NCBI GenBank assembly: GCA_965215265.1
Contig: OZ244048.1
Location: forward strand, 3,520,001-3,584,000
Direction of reading: 5' to 3'
DNA from: Candidatus Poribacteria bacterium
GTDB taxonomy: Bacteria; Poribacteria; WGA-4E; WGA-3G
DNA length: 64,000 nt
Shown here: positions 50,308 through 59,916 of the stretch, piece by piece
Position numbering within the stretch: the stretch's first letter is position 1
Layout: every line of letters starts with the position of its first letter
Notes under the pieces: generated by a model
Seen by the model: only the letters and a program-made list of their open reading frames with translations
Database searches by the model: none
What the model was told of the DNA's origin: nothing
Made by a program: the position numbers and the translations under genes

Positions 50308-51591
50308 TCACTCTTCTTCAGCATGCAAGAGTAGGTGTCCGAGTTTTGAACGTTTCGTTTGTAAATAAGCCCGGTTAAAACGGTTCGGGTTCGTCTGCAA
50401 CGGAATCCGCTCCACAATTTCCAATCCATATCCGGACAACCCTTTTACCTTTTGTGGGTTATTTGTCATCAACCGCATTCTTTTAACGCCTAGATCTACT
50501 AAGATTTGTGCACCGATGCCGTAATCGCGCAAATCAGCCGCGAAACCGAGGCGTTCGTTTGCCTCAACGGTATCCAAACCTTCCTTGTCTTGGAGCTGGT
50601 AGGCACGAAGTTTTTCTGTGAGTCCCATGCCCCTGCCTTCTTGTCGCATGTAGAGCAGTACACCCCTACCTTCCTTTTCAATCCTTTCAAGAGCGAGCTC
50701 CAACTGTTCTCCGCAATCACACCGTAGCGAGCCGAATACATCACCTGTTAAGCATTGCGAGTGTACCCTCACCAACAGAGGTGTTGCCTCTTCAAGGTTG
50801 CCCTTCGCTAAAGCGATGTGAGTCTTAGTCTCTTCACGCCCGCCCACCCGAATCCTCTCTCCTTTCAGGAGAGACGTGCTCGAGTCGCTGTTTGTTGTGT
50901 TGGTATAACGGCTTTCATAAGCATAGAGTTTAAATTGACCATGCGCGGTCGGAATATTGGCAGTTGCGACCTTTTTGACAAGGGTTTCAGTTCGCCGGCG
51001 GTACGCGATTAGATCTGAAATTGTAATAATCTTGAGATTGTGTTTTTGGGCAAACGCTATCAATTCGGGTACACGTGCCATAGTGCCATCATCGTTGAGG
51101 ACTTCACAAAGTACTCCGGCTGGATAGCAGCCGGCGAGTCTGGCTAGGTCTACGGTAGCTTCTGTATGTCCAGCGCGGCGAAGTACCCCGCCGGGTTTCG
51201 CTTCTAAAGGGAAGATGTGCCCTGGGCGTACAAAGTCTGAGGGTCTGGCTGTTTTATCCACAAATTTGCGAATTGTAAAAGCACGCTCTTGTGCGGAAAT
51301 GCCGGTGGTCACTTCTTTTGCGTCAATGGTTACCGTAAACGCTGTTTGCATTTGTGCAGTATTATCAATCACCATGGGGTGCAGCTCAAGTTCCGCAAGA
51401 CGTTCTGGACAGGTAGGCAGGCATATCAAACCACGTCCATGTTTCGCCATGAAATTAATAGCTTCTGCTGTCACGTTTTCGGCGGCCATAATCAGATCGC
51501 CTTCGTTTTCGCGATGCGGTTCATCAACGACGATAATCATCTCACCGTTTCGGATAGCTGAAAGCGCCTCTGGAATTGTGCTAAATGCCAT
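50308..51591 (-). CDS. ribBA: Bifunctional DHBP synthase / GTP cyclohydrolase II (with an in-frame insertion)
   Basis: [37 protein letters not shown]; start MAFS at 51591. Confidence 0.95.
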   Translation of the reverse strand: MAFSTIPEALSAIRNGEMIIVVDEPHRENEGDLIMAAENVTAEAINFMAKHGRGLICLPTCPERLAELELHPMVIDNTAQMQTAFTVTIDAKEVTTGISAQERAFTIRKFVDKTARPSDFVRPGHIFPLEAKPGGVLRRAGHTEATVDLARLAGCYPAGVLCEVLNDDGTMARVPELIAFAQKHNLKIITISDLIAYRRRTETLVKKVATANIPTAHGQFKLYAYESRYTNTTNSDSSTSLLKGERIRVGGREETKTHIALAKGNLEEATPLLVRVHSQCLTGDVFGSLRCDCGEQLELALERIEKEGRGVLLYMRQEGRGMGLTEKLRAYQLQDKEGLDTVEANERLGFAADLRDYGIGAQILVDLGVKRMRLMTNNPQKVKGLSGYGLEIVERIPLQTNPNRFNRAYLQTKRSKLGHLLLHAEEE

Positions 51592-51598
51592 TTTTTCT

Positions 51599-51840
51599 GT
51601 ATATCTCCGTACCGTCAACACCCAGTCGGTTGCGAGATCCCCGCCATCTATAGATAAAAGGTAGTGCAAGCGTGTCCTGAAGGACACGCGATGGGGATTC
51701 ATCCCCGCAAGCGGGGAGTTGCGAGATAGGTATTCAGTGTCTCTCCTGAAAGGAGAGACAAAGAATTCCTTTTACTCGCAACCCATTGGGAACTTCCCCT
51801 ACCTATCCTGCCACTCGTCAGGGCCTTCCTAGGTTCAGTT
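51599..51840. repeat. Family-A unit split by a family-B palindrome cluster
   Basis: GTATATCTCCGTACCGTCAAC at the left, CTCGTCAGGGCC..CTAGGTT at the right; hairpins GCGTGTCC/GGACACGC, CCCCGC/GCGGGG and GTCTCTCCT/AGGAGAGAC in between. Confidence 0.8.
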
Positions 51841-51952
51841 CCTGATAGTTGTCTCAAAAAATTTAAATTTCCAAAGTTTTTGATGTCTTCGGTTGATAGA
51901 TGCACAATTGAGGTACCTAGATCTAATGTCCCTCGTACCAACGTGCACCGTT

Positions 51953-52624
51953 TTAATAGAATCCATGTTGTGCTAAGAACGCCATATCAAGCTGTCCGGA
52001 TTGATTTCGGTTTTTCTTCTGGCTGGAGAGTTCTGTTCTTGCTAACAACAGCGCCTCGACGTAGCGTGCAATCACATCTACTTCAAGATTGACACGTGCC
52101 CCTTCTCTTTTTGTCCCCAAAGTTGTAACCGACTTTGTGTGTGGAATTAAAGCGACTTCAAAGGTGTCGGCGAATACGTTCGCTATTGTTAAACTCACGC
52201 CGTCAACGGAAACAGAACCTTTATAGGCTATGTAAGGCTTAACATCTGCGTTCATTGTCACCTGCATAAGAGAGGAATCGCCTTCATCCTTCCATCCACT
52301 AATTACAACGACTGCATCAACATGCCCGAGGACGAGATGGCCTCCTAACCGCTGGCTCAACTGTAGAGAACGTTCTAAGTTAGCCCGGTCGCGAGGTTTT
52401 CGGTCTCCCAATGTTGTCCGACGTAGCGTTTCGGCAGAAATATCGGAGATGAATCCATCTGCCAACAATGCACGAATAGTAAGGCAGGCACCATCAACGG
52501 CAATGCTATCCCCTACTTTCGCGTCTGCGAGTACTTCAGTTGCCCTAATGTGAAGGGTCGCGCTTTGGGATGTACGTTTGATGTTAACAATAGTACCAAT
52601 CTCTTCAACGATTCCGGTAAACAT
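51953..52624 (-). CDS. ribE: Riboflavin synthase alpha chain
   Basis: MFTGIVEE, GACLT, GGHLVLGHVD, NLEVD. Confidence 0.95.
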   Translation of the reverse strand: MFTGIVEEIGTIVNIKRTSQSATLHIRATEVLADAKVGDSIAVDGACLTIRALLADGFISDISAETLRRTTLGDRKPRDRANLERSLQLSQRLGGHLVLGHVDAVVVISGWKDEGDSSLMQVTMNADVKPYIAYKGSVSVDGVSLTIANVFADTFEVALIPHTKSVTTLGTKREGARVNLEVDVIARYVEALLLARTELSSQKKNRNQSGQLDMAFLAQHGFY

Positions 52625-52691
52625 TTTTGTCTCTGGCTTAGCTCATGCGGGTTTGGCATAAATAGTTTAGGCACCACTCATTTTGATACAA

Positions 52692-52797
52692 AGTGGCAGG
52701 ATAGGTAGGGGAAGTTCTCCCCGCTTGCGGGGATGAATCCCCATCGCGTGTCCTCGAGGACACGCGATACTACCTTTTACCTGCCACCCACTGGGTA
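52692..52797. repeat. Family-B palindromic element overlapping the ribD stop
   Basis: GTGGCAGGATAGGTA...TACCTTTTACCTGCCAC arms; perfect 26-bp palindrome ATCGCGTGTCCTCGAGGACACGCGAT at 52743-52768. Confidence 0.85.
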
Positions 52798-53895
52798 CCC
52801 TTCAATTAGCAGATCGCCATCGCCACTTTGCACGTGTTGTACTGTTAGTCTTTGTAGCTGTGGTGCGGCTGCCAAGGGGTGTATTCCTGCACCGCCAAGT
52901 GGACCTGGAGCATGCGCACCGCCGATAAACTTAGGTGCAACAAAGCACATGAACTTATCAACAACTCCTGCTGTAACGGCCGAGGCATTCACTTCTGCGC
53001 CGCCTTCTATTAAGACGCTCGTTATATCGTGTGCCCCTAACATATCCATCAAGGTTTTGATACAGAGGTGTCCTTGATTTATAGGGAGCGTTATGACTTT
53101 CGCGCCGGCCGTTGTAAGAGCGTAGACGTTTTTGGCAGGTGCGTCTGGTCCAACTGCGATGATAACCTCAGCACGGCTTGAAGTGTTGAAAATTCGAGCA
53201 TCTGCCGGGGTTCTACCTTGTGAATCTAGTACGACTCGAACTGCATCCTTGCCTGAACGATGCAGGAGGCGCGTTGTTAATCGAGGATTGTCCCGGATAA
53301 CCGTGCCTATGCCGACAAGAATTGCATCGACTCCATCTCGTATCTCATGCACCAACTGTCGTGATGCAGTTGAGGTAATCCATTGTGATTCCCCCGAAGA
53401 AGTTGCAATTTTTCCATCCAGACTCATCGCAGTCTTCAATATGACAAAAGGTCTTCCTGTCCGGATGTATTTCCTATGAACCTCATTTAGGTGTGCGGCA
53501 TCTTCAGCACACACGCCTACATTGACGTAAATGCCAGCTGCCTCAAGTTGACGAATCCCCTTGCCTGCAACTTGTGGATTTACGTCTAGCTCCGCCACAT
53601 AAACCGCTGATATGCCTGCCTCAATGAGTGCATCGGTACAAGGAGGTGTGCGTCCCCAATGACAACACGGTTCCAGGTTTGTATAAAGCGTCGCCCCTTT
53701 AGCGGCCTCCCCTGCTGCTTGGAGTGCATGAATTTCTGCATGCGCGCCGCCTGCTCTCTGATGGTACCCTTCACCTATGCACTTACCGGCTTTAACAATG
53801 ACTGCGCCCACGAGAGGATTCGGACTTGTCCGTCCCTTTCCTTTCTTTGCCAAAGCCAGCGCGCGTTGCATAAACGCCACATGTCTCTCGTTCAT
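52777..53895 (-). CDS. ribD: Riboflavin biosynthesis deaminase/reductase
   Basis: PNPLVGA, HAE, LEPCCH..TPPC, SLDGK, EGG; start MNERH. Confidence 0.95.
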   Translation of the reverse strand: MNERHVAFMQRALALAKKGKGRTSPNPLVGAVIVKAGKCIGEGYHQRAGGAHAEIHALQAAGEAAKGATLYTNLEPCCHWGRTPPCTDALIEAGISAVYVAELDVNPQVAGKGIRQLEAAGIYVNVGVCAEDAAHLNEVHRKYIRTGRPFVILKTAMSLDGKIATSSGESQWITSTASRQLVHEIRDGVDAILVGIGTVIRDNPRLTTRLLHRSGKDAVRVVLDSQGRTPADARIFNTSSRAEVIIAVGPDAPAKNVYALTTAGAKVITLPINQGHLCIKTLMDMLGAHDITSVLIEGGAEVNASAVTAGVVDKFMCFVAPKFIGGAHAPGPLGGAGIHPLAAAPQLQRLTVQHVQSGDGDLLIEGYPVGGR

Positions 53896-54012
53896 CACCT
53901 TTGGCTCACTAAATAATAGTATATCATATTTCAACCGGAAATCAAAACCATTTTTTTTCGGCAAAACCGACGATCCGGAATTACACAAAAATTCATACAT
54001 CGCGTTTTCGTA

Positions 54013-54507
54013 TTATTTAGAACTCGCGACTAATTTCAGAGACTCAAGAATTTCTGTCTGCACTACCAAATCAAATTGGTGTGAACCAATGTACATATAC
54101 CTGATAATGCCGAGTTTGTCAATGATAAATGTCGCGGGCCGTGCAATATTGTAAGCCTCAAGACTGAGCCAGTGGTAGACACCGTAACTTTTGATAACAT
54201 TCCGCTCCTTATCTACTAATAAAGGATAGGTAATGCCGTTCTGTTTTGTATATCCACGGAGTTCACGGGGCCACTGTCCTGCAATGGCGAGGGGTATCGC
54301 ACTGTACGTTGTGTACTCGTCAACGTGCCCTTGGACTGCCGCCAACTGGCGACGGCTATTTGGTCACCAGGTCCCTCGAAAAAATGTTAAGATGACATGG
54401 TATTTCTCCCGATAAGATACCAGCGATACTTCTTGCCGCTGATGTGAAGGCAATGTGAACAAAGGCGCGGTATCACCGATGTTGAGGATTTTGTTTTTCC
54501 GTGGCAT
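54013..54507 (-). CDS. Peroxiredoxin/AhpC-like selenoprotein (in-frame UGA at codon 48)
   Basis: MPRK..GDTAPLFTLP..FFRGTW-UGA-PNSRRQL..YPLLVD..ARPATFIID; UGA at 54364-54366 sits where the redox Cys belongs; SECIS-like hairpin follows. Confidence 0.85.
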
Positions 54508-54554
54508 ACACCAATTTTCTCAAAAGTTGTGAGTTCTGTCAAGTACGAAAGGCT

Positions 54555-55679
54555 TTATAACAGTTCCATGAATAGTTCATTGGCTATAAAAAGCCCGCGA
54601 GCCGTCAGACGCAGATGAGTTGTCGAGCATTCCAGCAACTTCAAACTTTTCCATTTCTCGAGGAGTTCACCAAACTCCACTTTAGGTAGTTCACCAAAAC
54701 GGGTCCGGTAAGCGACAAGAGAAATGCCTTCCCGTTTACGGAACCCGAGCATGAGTGTTTCGGCTTTTTCTGCCCGGCCAGTGAGTTTCTCGGAATCCGC
54801 AATCGGTTTTATGCCTTGACGTAGTGCATCCATGTAATTAATAATGCCCCTCATGTTTGAATAGCGGACTCCGTCAATGTAACCGTAAGCGCCGGCACCC
54901 AATCCAATGTGGGCCTGATTGTTCCAATAGACAAGGTTATGCCTTGCAAAACGGTTCGGACGTGCAAAGTTACAGATTTCATAGTGTTCGTATCCGTGTC
55001 TGGTTAGTGTGTCAATCGCATACTGGAACATATCCGCCTCAGTGTCTTCTGTAGGGAGGTGCAGTGTGCCGGACTTCCACCACTCATAAAACGGTGTTGC
55101 CTCCTCCATGACGAGATTATAGACGGAAATATGCGCGGGCTTGAGTGCAAGTACTGCGGTTAAGGTATGCTGCCATGTTTCCAGTGTCTGCTTAGGGAGT
55201 GCGAAGATCAGATCGATGTTGATATTCTCAAAACCACACTCATGAGCAAGGTGATAACTCTGAAGAAAGTCAGCGACGGTGTGAATCCTGCCCAGCTGCG
55301 TCAATGTTTCATCTTGCATCGCTTGTACACCGAAACTGAGACGATTCACGCCTGCACCTTGCAAGATCTTTAGCTTCTCTCTATCAACCGTGCCAGGGTT
55401 ACATTCCACAGTGATTTCCGTGTCGGACTGTCTATCGAAATATGTCTGTAGATTGGCGAATATCTGAGTTAAGTCACTCGTAGAAAGAATGGAAGGTGTG
55501 CCACCCCCAATAAAGATTGTCCGTAAAGGGGCAGCCATCGGTGCATAGAGTTCCATCTCTATCTGGAGTGCTTGTAGATATGCCATCGCTTGTACTTTAT
55601 GAAACGTGTACGTATTGAAAGCACAATAGTAGCATTTTGTAGTACAAAACGGGATATGTATGTATAAAGAAGAAGCCAT
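54555..55679 (-). CDS. hemW: Radical SAM heme chaperone HemW
   Basis: YIHIPFC..KCYYCAFN, GGGTPS, YEICN, HNLVYW. Confidence 0.88.
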   Translation of the reverse strand: MASSLYIHIPFCTTKCYYCAFNTYTFHKVQAMAYLQALQIEMELYAPMAAPLRTIFIGGGTPSILSTSDLTQIFANLQTYFDRQSDTEITVECNPGTVDREKLKILQGAGVNRLSFGVQAMQDETLTQLGRIHTVADFLQSYHLAHECGFENINIDLIFALPKQTLETWQHTLTAVLALKPAHISVYNLVMEEATPFYEWWKSGTLHLPTEDTEADMFQYAIDTLTRHGYEHYEICNFARPNRFARHNLVYWNNQAHIGLGAGAYGYIDGVRYSNMRGIINYMDALRQGIKPIADSEKLTGRAEKAETLMLGFRKREGISLVAYRTRFGELPKVEFGELLEKWKSLKLLECSTTHLRLTARGLFIANELFMELL

Positions 55680-55693
55680 ATCCGGTTATCTCT

Positions 55694-56794
55694 TTAGTCA
55701 AATTCTAAGCCGACTCTGATTGCATTCCCGGTGTTGGCGTAAGCAAATGCCTCGTTAATCTGCTCAAACGGGAAGGTATGCGAGATAATTTTATGGAAAG
55801 GATACTTGTGTTGTGTTCGGCTTAGAAAATCAAGTGCGCGAGGGATAACCCAAGGTTCATAAACGATGACACCGCGAATCATCTTACTACATCGGACAAT
55901 ATTGCCTGGGTCGATTTGCGTAGGAAATCCGAGGTTAATGTTGCCTATCCAGAGGTACCGTCCACCCCAACGTAGCATTTCTATGCCTTCAGAGAGAACA
56001 CGCGGTGAACCGACAAACTCAGCGACAAGGTCGGCACCGAGTCCACCGGTCAGTTCGAGCACGTAAGAGACACGCTCATCAAGCTCGGCGGTGTCAACAT
56101 TGATAACATAGTCTGCGCCAAATTCACGTGCGAGCTGCAGACGCGCCGGGTGCCGCTCTAAGACAATAATTTTGCCTGCACCCATTTCCTTTGCAACGGC
56201 AGTCGCATAAAGTCCAAGTCCCCCGGCACCTTGGATAACGACTGTATCCCCGAGCGTAATACCAATCTGGTTGAGCCCGTAAATGACTTCGGATAACGCA
56301 CAGTTGATAGGTGATACGAGCACGTCCGGTAGTTCATCCGGAACCTTGAAAATCCAATGTCCCGGTTTCATGTAGTAGTACTCTCCGTAGGCACCGTGGA
56401 AGTGAGGAGTTTGCTCACTGGATACGCCGAGCCAATCCCGATAACGGTTTGGGCATCCGGGCGTACTATTGAGGCACATCCAGCAGTGCTGACATGGTTT
56501 GAAATAGGAATACGCGATCCGGTCGCCTTCAGTCAAAGGCCGCCCAGTACTGTCGATTCCGATATTTTTCCCTAATTCCGCGATTGTACCAACCATTTCA
56601 TGCCCAAGTACTTGTGGAATACCACTAGCGATTTTGGGACCGTGTCCACGCCAGAAATGTAAATCGGAGCCACAGATGTTCGCCATACGGATGTGTACGA
56701 GCATGTCATCACTACTGACAGATGGTACCGGATACTCCCGGAATTCCATGGGTGCTTGTGGTTGTGTAAAAACAGCGACTTTTCCAGTTTTCAT
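55694..56794 (-). CDS. Zinc-binding alcohol dehydrogenase
   Basis: CGSD, GHE, CxxCxxC, GAGGLG. Confidence 0.9.
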   Translation of the reverse strand: MKTGKVAVFTQPQAPMEFREYPVPSVSSDDMLVHIRMANICGSDLHFWRGHGPKIASGIPQVLGHEMVGTIAELGKNIGIDSTGRPLTEGDRIAYSYFKPCQHCWMCLNSTPGCPNRYRDWLGVSSEQTPHFHGAYGEYYYMKPGHWIFKVPDELPDVLVSPINCALSEVIYGLNQIGITLGDTVVIQGAGGLGLYATAVAKEMGAGKIIVLERHPARLQLAREFGADYVINVDTAELDERVSYVLELTGGLGADLVAEFVGSPRVLSEGIEMLRWGGRYLWIGNINLGFPTQIDPGNIVRCSKMIRGVIVYEPWVIPRALDFLSRTQHKYPFHKIISHTFPFEQINEAFAYANTGNAIRVGLEFD

Positions 56795-56913
56795 AGTTCC
56801 GATCTTTTTCTTATTCTGATATAAGAGCGAGCTAGTACAGTCAGATTTCTGTGAGTATGGATTTTAGGAGTCACTCCACCGGAACTATCCGTTGCGTCGT
56901 CCTCGCCCTGTTA

Positions 56914-57309
56914 TCAATACTCATCAAAGTTAGTAACCTTCCACTTTCCCTCAACGTTTTCGGTGTAAATCACCACGTTTCGCGAAGATGTTGCAATCCC
57001 AGGATTTTCGATAGTCAACTTGTAGTTAAATATTGCTTGTCCCTTACCTCTGTTTTCTTGTGCGACACGTTCGTATTTAATCTGTGGAATTTGGTCAATA
57101 GGTTGTCCTGGCATCCGCACCTCAAGTAAACGGGCAATTTCATCTTCCAATTTCTCAGACGCGAGTCCATAGCTGAGCATGAGTGCCGCCTGCTGATCAG
57201 CCCGTTGATAGTAGTTATAGATAAAGTCTTCGCTCACTGCTTGTGGTGTATTTCTATTTGAACAAGCGAGTAGCGTTAACATGAATACGAGGACGTATTC
57301 TATTTTCAT
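56914..57309 (-). CDS. Putative lipoprotein (NTF2-like)
   Basis: LLAC lipobox; GKWKV C-terminal strand. Confidence 0.6.
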   Translation of the reverse strand: MKIEYVLVFMLTLLACSNRNTPQAVSEDFIYNYYQRADQQAALMLSYGLASEKLEDEIARLLEVRMPGQPIDQIPQIKYERVAQENRGKGQAIFNYKLTIENPGIATSSRNVVIYTENVEGKWKVTNFDEY

Positions 57310-57386
57310 TTGGAAAGGTACCGCCTTTACAGGTACTTGTATTGTAGTGAATCTATCCTGTTATAAGCCTTTTACCTTTATCAAGT

Positions 57387-58685
57387 TTACGGTTGCTGTG
57401 TAACTGCCCGAATCATTGCGATGTTGAAGATGCGCCGTTCGTAACCGTGTGACGGATTGTTGACAACTTCGCCCAATGCCCATAAGGTTGAGGAGCTTCC
57501 GCCGTCAAAGTTAATAGCATTCTTGATGCCGAGTTCTCGAAAGAATTGAGCCATTTGGTAGAGCGTCATTCCCATGCTATATCCGGGTTGCCGTCCATCG
57601 ACAGCGATGAGAAAGAGTTTTTCATCGTTAAAACCTAAGGCACTCCGTGGATTGCGACGGGCAGCGTTGCGATGACTTGAGCCCGTTCTCCCACGTGATG
57701 CGTTAAATTGTAGCAGTTCAGGTTCAATGTTACCATGCCGTAAAAGCCGTAGATTTCCGCCGATTCCGGAATGGACAGACTGCCATTTTTGTGGTGTGAG
57801 CGCGATTTCAAGTTCTCCTGTTGTAGATTCGGCGAACCTATCTTGCCAGGACCTTGCGATGTTTGAAGTTATTGCAACGACAACGCCACGTGGCGGGATG
57901 AGGCTGTTACCACGTGAAGATACAGAAGTGATGACAAAACGGCTGCGATATTTCCCTGTGAGCGGAAGTTCCAATTTCATTAAAGTGATTTCATAGCACC
58001 GGCGAGTCAATGTGCGCTTGCCAAAGCGCGGTGTGTATATTACAACTGGACACAACGAATCACAGATTTGGTTAATACCGTTTATCGTGAGTTTTTTTTC
58101 GCCAATCTGAAGTATCCCGTTTAACTGTACGGTATCCAAGAGGAACTCACCATCAGAAGTTACACCGAAACTGGTTTCGCCCCAAGGTGAAGGCGGTGAA
58201 TAGCCCCATCTATTGAGTTGTGTAGGAATGCTAACGAGTTCTCTATTTTGGATATGGAGGTTGAAAATCATTCCGCCTCGTCCGCGCCCGTCTTCGCGAA
58301 TCCCGAAACTTCCATTGACTCCGGCTAAGGGCAGCATCTGTTTTTGCATCAGTCTTTTGGCGGCGCGACTGATGGTTTCACGTCCCAAGATACGGGTGTT
58401 GGCGAGTTCTACATCAAATCTTATATTTTTTGCGGCGCGTTCCATCTCCGCAACGTAAACCGCAGCACCCCCTTTCCACCAATACCGATGCAGACGAAAG
58501 CCCTTCGGCCAACGTGCGCCTTTCAGTTTATCACGCCGTTTGACAGATTCAGGGAGCTTGTCTATTTTTCCGACAAGCGATGGACGTTCCAAACCACGCA
58601 GCGCACTAACAACCAATATAAAAAAAACAAGTAAACTGCAAATCGTGATAAGTCTGCGGATATGAAAACTATTTTCTTTCAACAT
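57387..58685 (-). CDS. Phosphodiester glycosidase (NAGPA/DUF2233) family protein
   Basis: VNGSF, NPRSALG, VDGRQ..S.GMT, NFDGGSS. Confidence 0.85.
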   Translation of the reverse strand: MLKENSFHIRRLITICSLLVFFILVVSALRGLERPSLVGKIDKLPESVKRRDKLKGARWPKGFRLHRYWWKGGAAVYVAEMERAAKNIRFDVELANTRILGRETISRAAKRLMQKQMLPLAGVNGSFGIREDGRGRGGMIFNLHIQNRELVSIPTQLNRWGYSPPSPWGETSFGVTSDGEFLLDTVQLNGILQIGEKKLTINGINQICDSLCPVVIYTPRFGKRTLTRRCYEITLMKLELPLTGKYRSRFVITSVSSRGNSLIPPRGVVVAITSNIARSWQDRFAESTTGELEIALTPQKWQSVHSGIGGNLRLLRHGNIEPELLQFNASRGRTGSSHRNAARRNPRSALGFNDEKLFLIAVDGRQPGYSMGMTLYQMAQFFRELGIKNAINFDGGSSSTLWALGEVVNNPSHGYERRIFNIAMIRAVTQQP

Positions 58686-58688
58686 TTT

Positions 58689-59864
58689 CTATAATGCCTT
58701 TAAGCCGATACCTGTGAGGATTGAAACCGTCAATTCACCCTCGCTAATGATACCGGTGTCGCGAAACTTTTCAGACGCTTTGACGACTACAGCGGAAGTT
58801 GGTTCAACGTAAAGCCCCCGGGTTGCAAGGATTTTCAGTCCAGACTTGATGTCGGCTTCGTCAACAGTGATAAATGCCCCGTTCGTGTCACGGATTGCGT
58901 CCATAATCATTTTCCTGCGAATAGGCAGTTCCGCTGTAATTCCTTCAGCAAGCGTCGTCCGCGTTTGTACCATCCGAGAAATATCAGATGTTTTACTAAG
59001 GTAAGCGTTATAAATCGGACAACACGCTGCGGATTGAACACCGAGTAAGTGGGGGAACTGTTCAATAACACCTTGTACGTGCAATTCGCGAAATCCGAGG
59101 TACAAACCCAGGTAAATACTGCCGAATCCGACAGGACAGATAACGTGAACCGGTGCCTTTCCGCCTAATTGCTCAACAATCTCAAATGCTAAGGTCTTTG
59201 TGCCTTCTAAGAAGAACGGGTGCCAATTATGAGAAGCATAACATGTCGTTTCTGCTGCATACTTTACTGCTTCTGTTGTTGCCATGCGATTGCCTTCTAC
59301 TAGCTCCAATTCAGCACCATACGCGGAGATCTGGGTTAATTTGCTTTTTGAAGTAGTTTTCGGACAGTAAATAGTACACCGGATGCCCGCACGGGCACTG
59401 TAGGCAGCTATTGCTGCGCCGGCATTTCCGGACGAATCCTCAACAATCTCTTCAACGCCGAGTGCCTTCAAATGGGTTAGTAACACAGAAGCCCCCCGGT
59501 CTTTATAGGAACCTGTGGGGCAGAGGTAGTCCAGTTTCACATAGTGTTCTGCAGTATTCGTTCCTACTGTGGAACGTAGGCTTGCGTTTTGTCCATAACT
59601 TGCTGCATCAAAGGGTATCAACGGTGTCATTCCTTCGCCGAGTGTTACGATTTCGGCATCCGTAGGAATTGGGAGTGCTTCACGATACCGCCACATGCTG
59701 TGTTCATGGGGTGCCTCTTGTTTTCGGAATATGGGTTTGGAGGTTTCGTATTCCGGCTTTTCAAGCGTCAACGGTGAACTACAGTCACACTGATAGCGTA
59801 ATGCCGACACTGGATATGTTTGAGCACATTGGCTGCAGATATTTCGCAAAACGTATTTTTCCAT
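58689..59864 (-). CDS. thrC: Threonine synthase-like PLP enzyme
   Basis: TLGEGMTPL, PTGSYKDRG, SSGNAG, EG.KT, EPTSA, TG.GLK. Confidence 0.8.
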   Translation of the reverse strand: MEKYVLRNICSQCAQTYPVSALRYQCDCSSPLTLEKPEYETSKPIFRKQEAPHEHSMWRYREALPIPTDAEIVTLGEGMTPLIPFDAASYGQNASLRSTVGTNTAEHYVKLDYLCPTGSYKDRGASVLLTHLKALGVEEIVEDSSGNAGAAIAAYSARAGIRCTIYCPKTTSKSKLTQISAYGAELELVEGNRMATTEAVKYAAETTCYASHNWHPFFLEGTKTLAFEIVEQLGGKAPVHVICPVGFGSIYLGLYLGFRELHVQGVIEQFPHLLGVQSAACCPIYNAYLSKTSDISRMVQTRTTLAEGITAELPIRRKMIMDAIRDTNGAFITVDEADIKSGLKILATRGLYVEPTSAVVVKASEKFRDTGIISEGELTVSILTGIGLKAL

Positions 59865-59916
59865 ACTGCCTTATTCAGGACTATGGGACCCCAAAAGTCG
59901 AAAATTCATGAATTGG

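Noticed and set aside
53896-54012. FMN riboswitch upstream of the rib genes
   Set aside because: The intergenic region is short and no RFN consensus could be recognised
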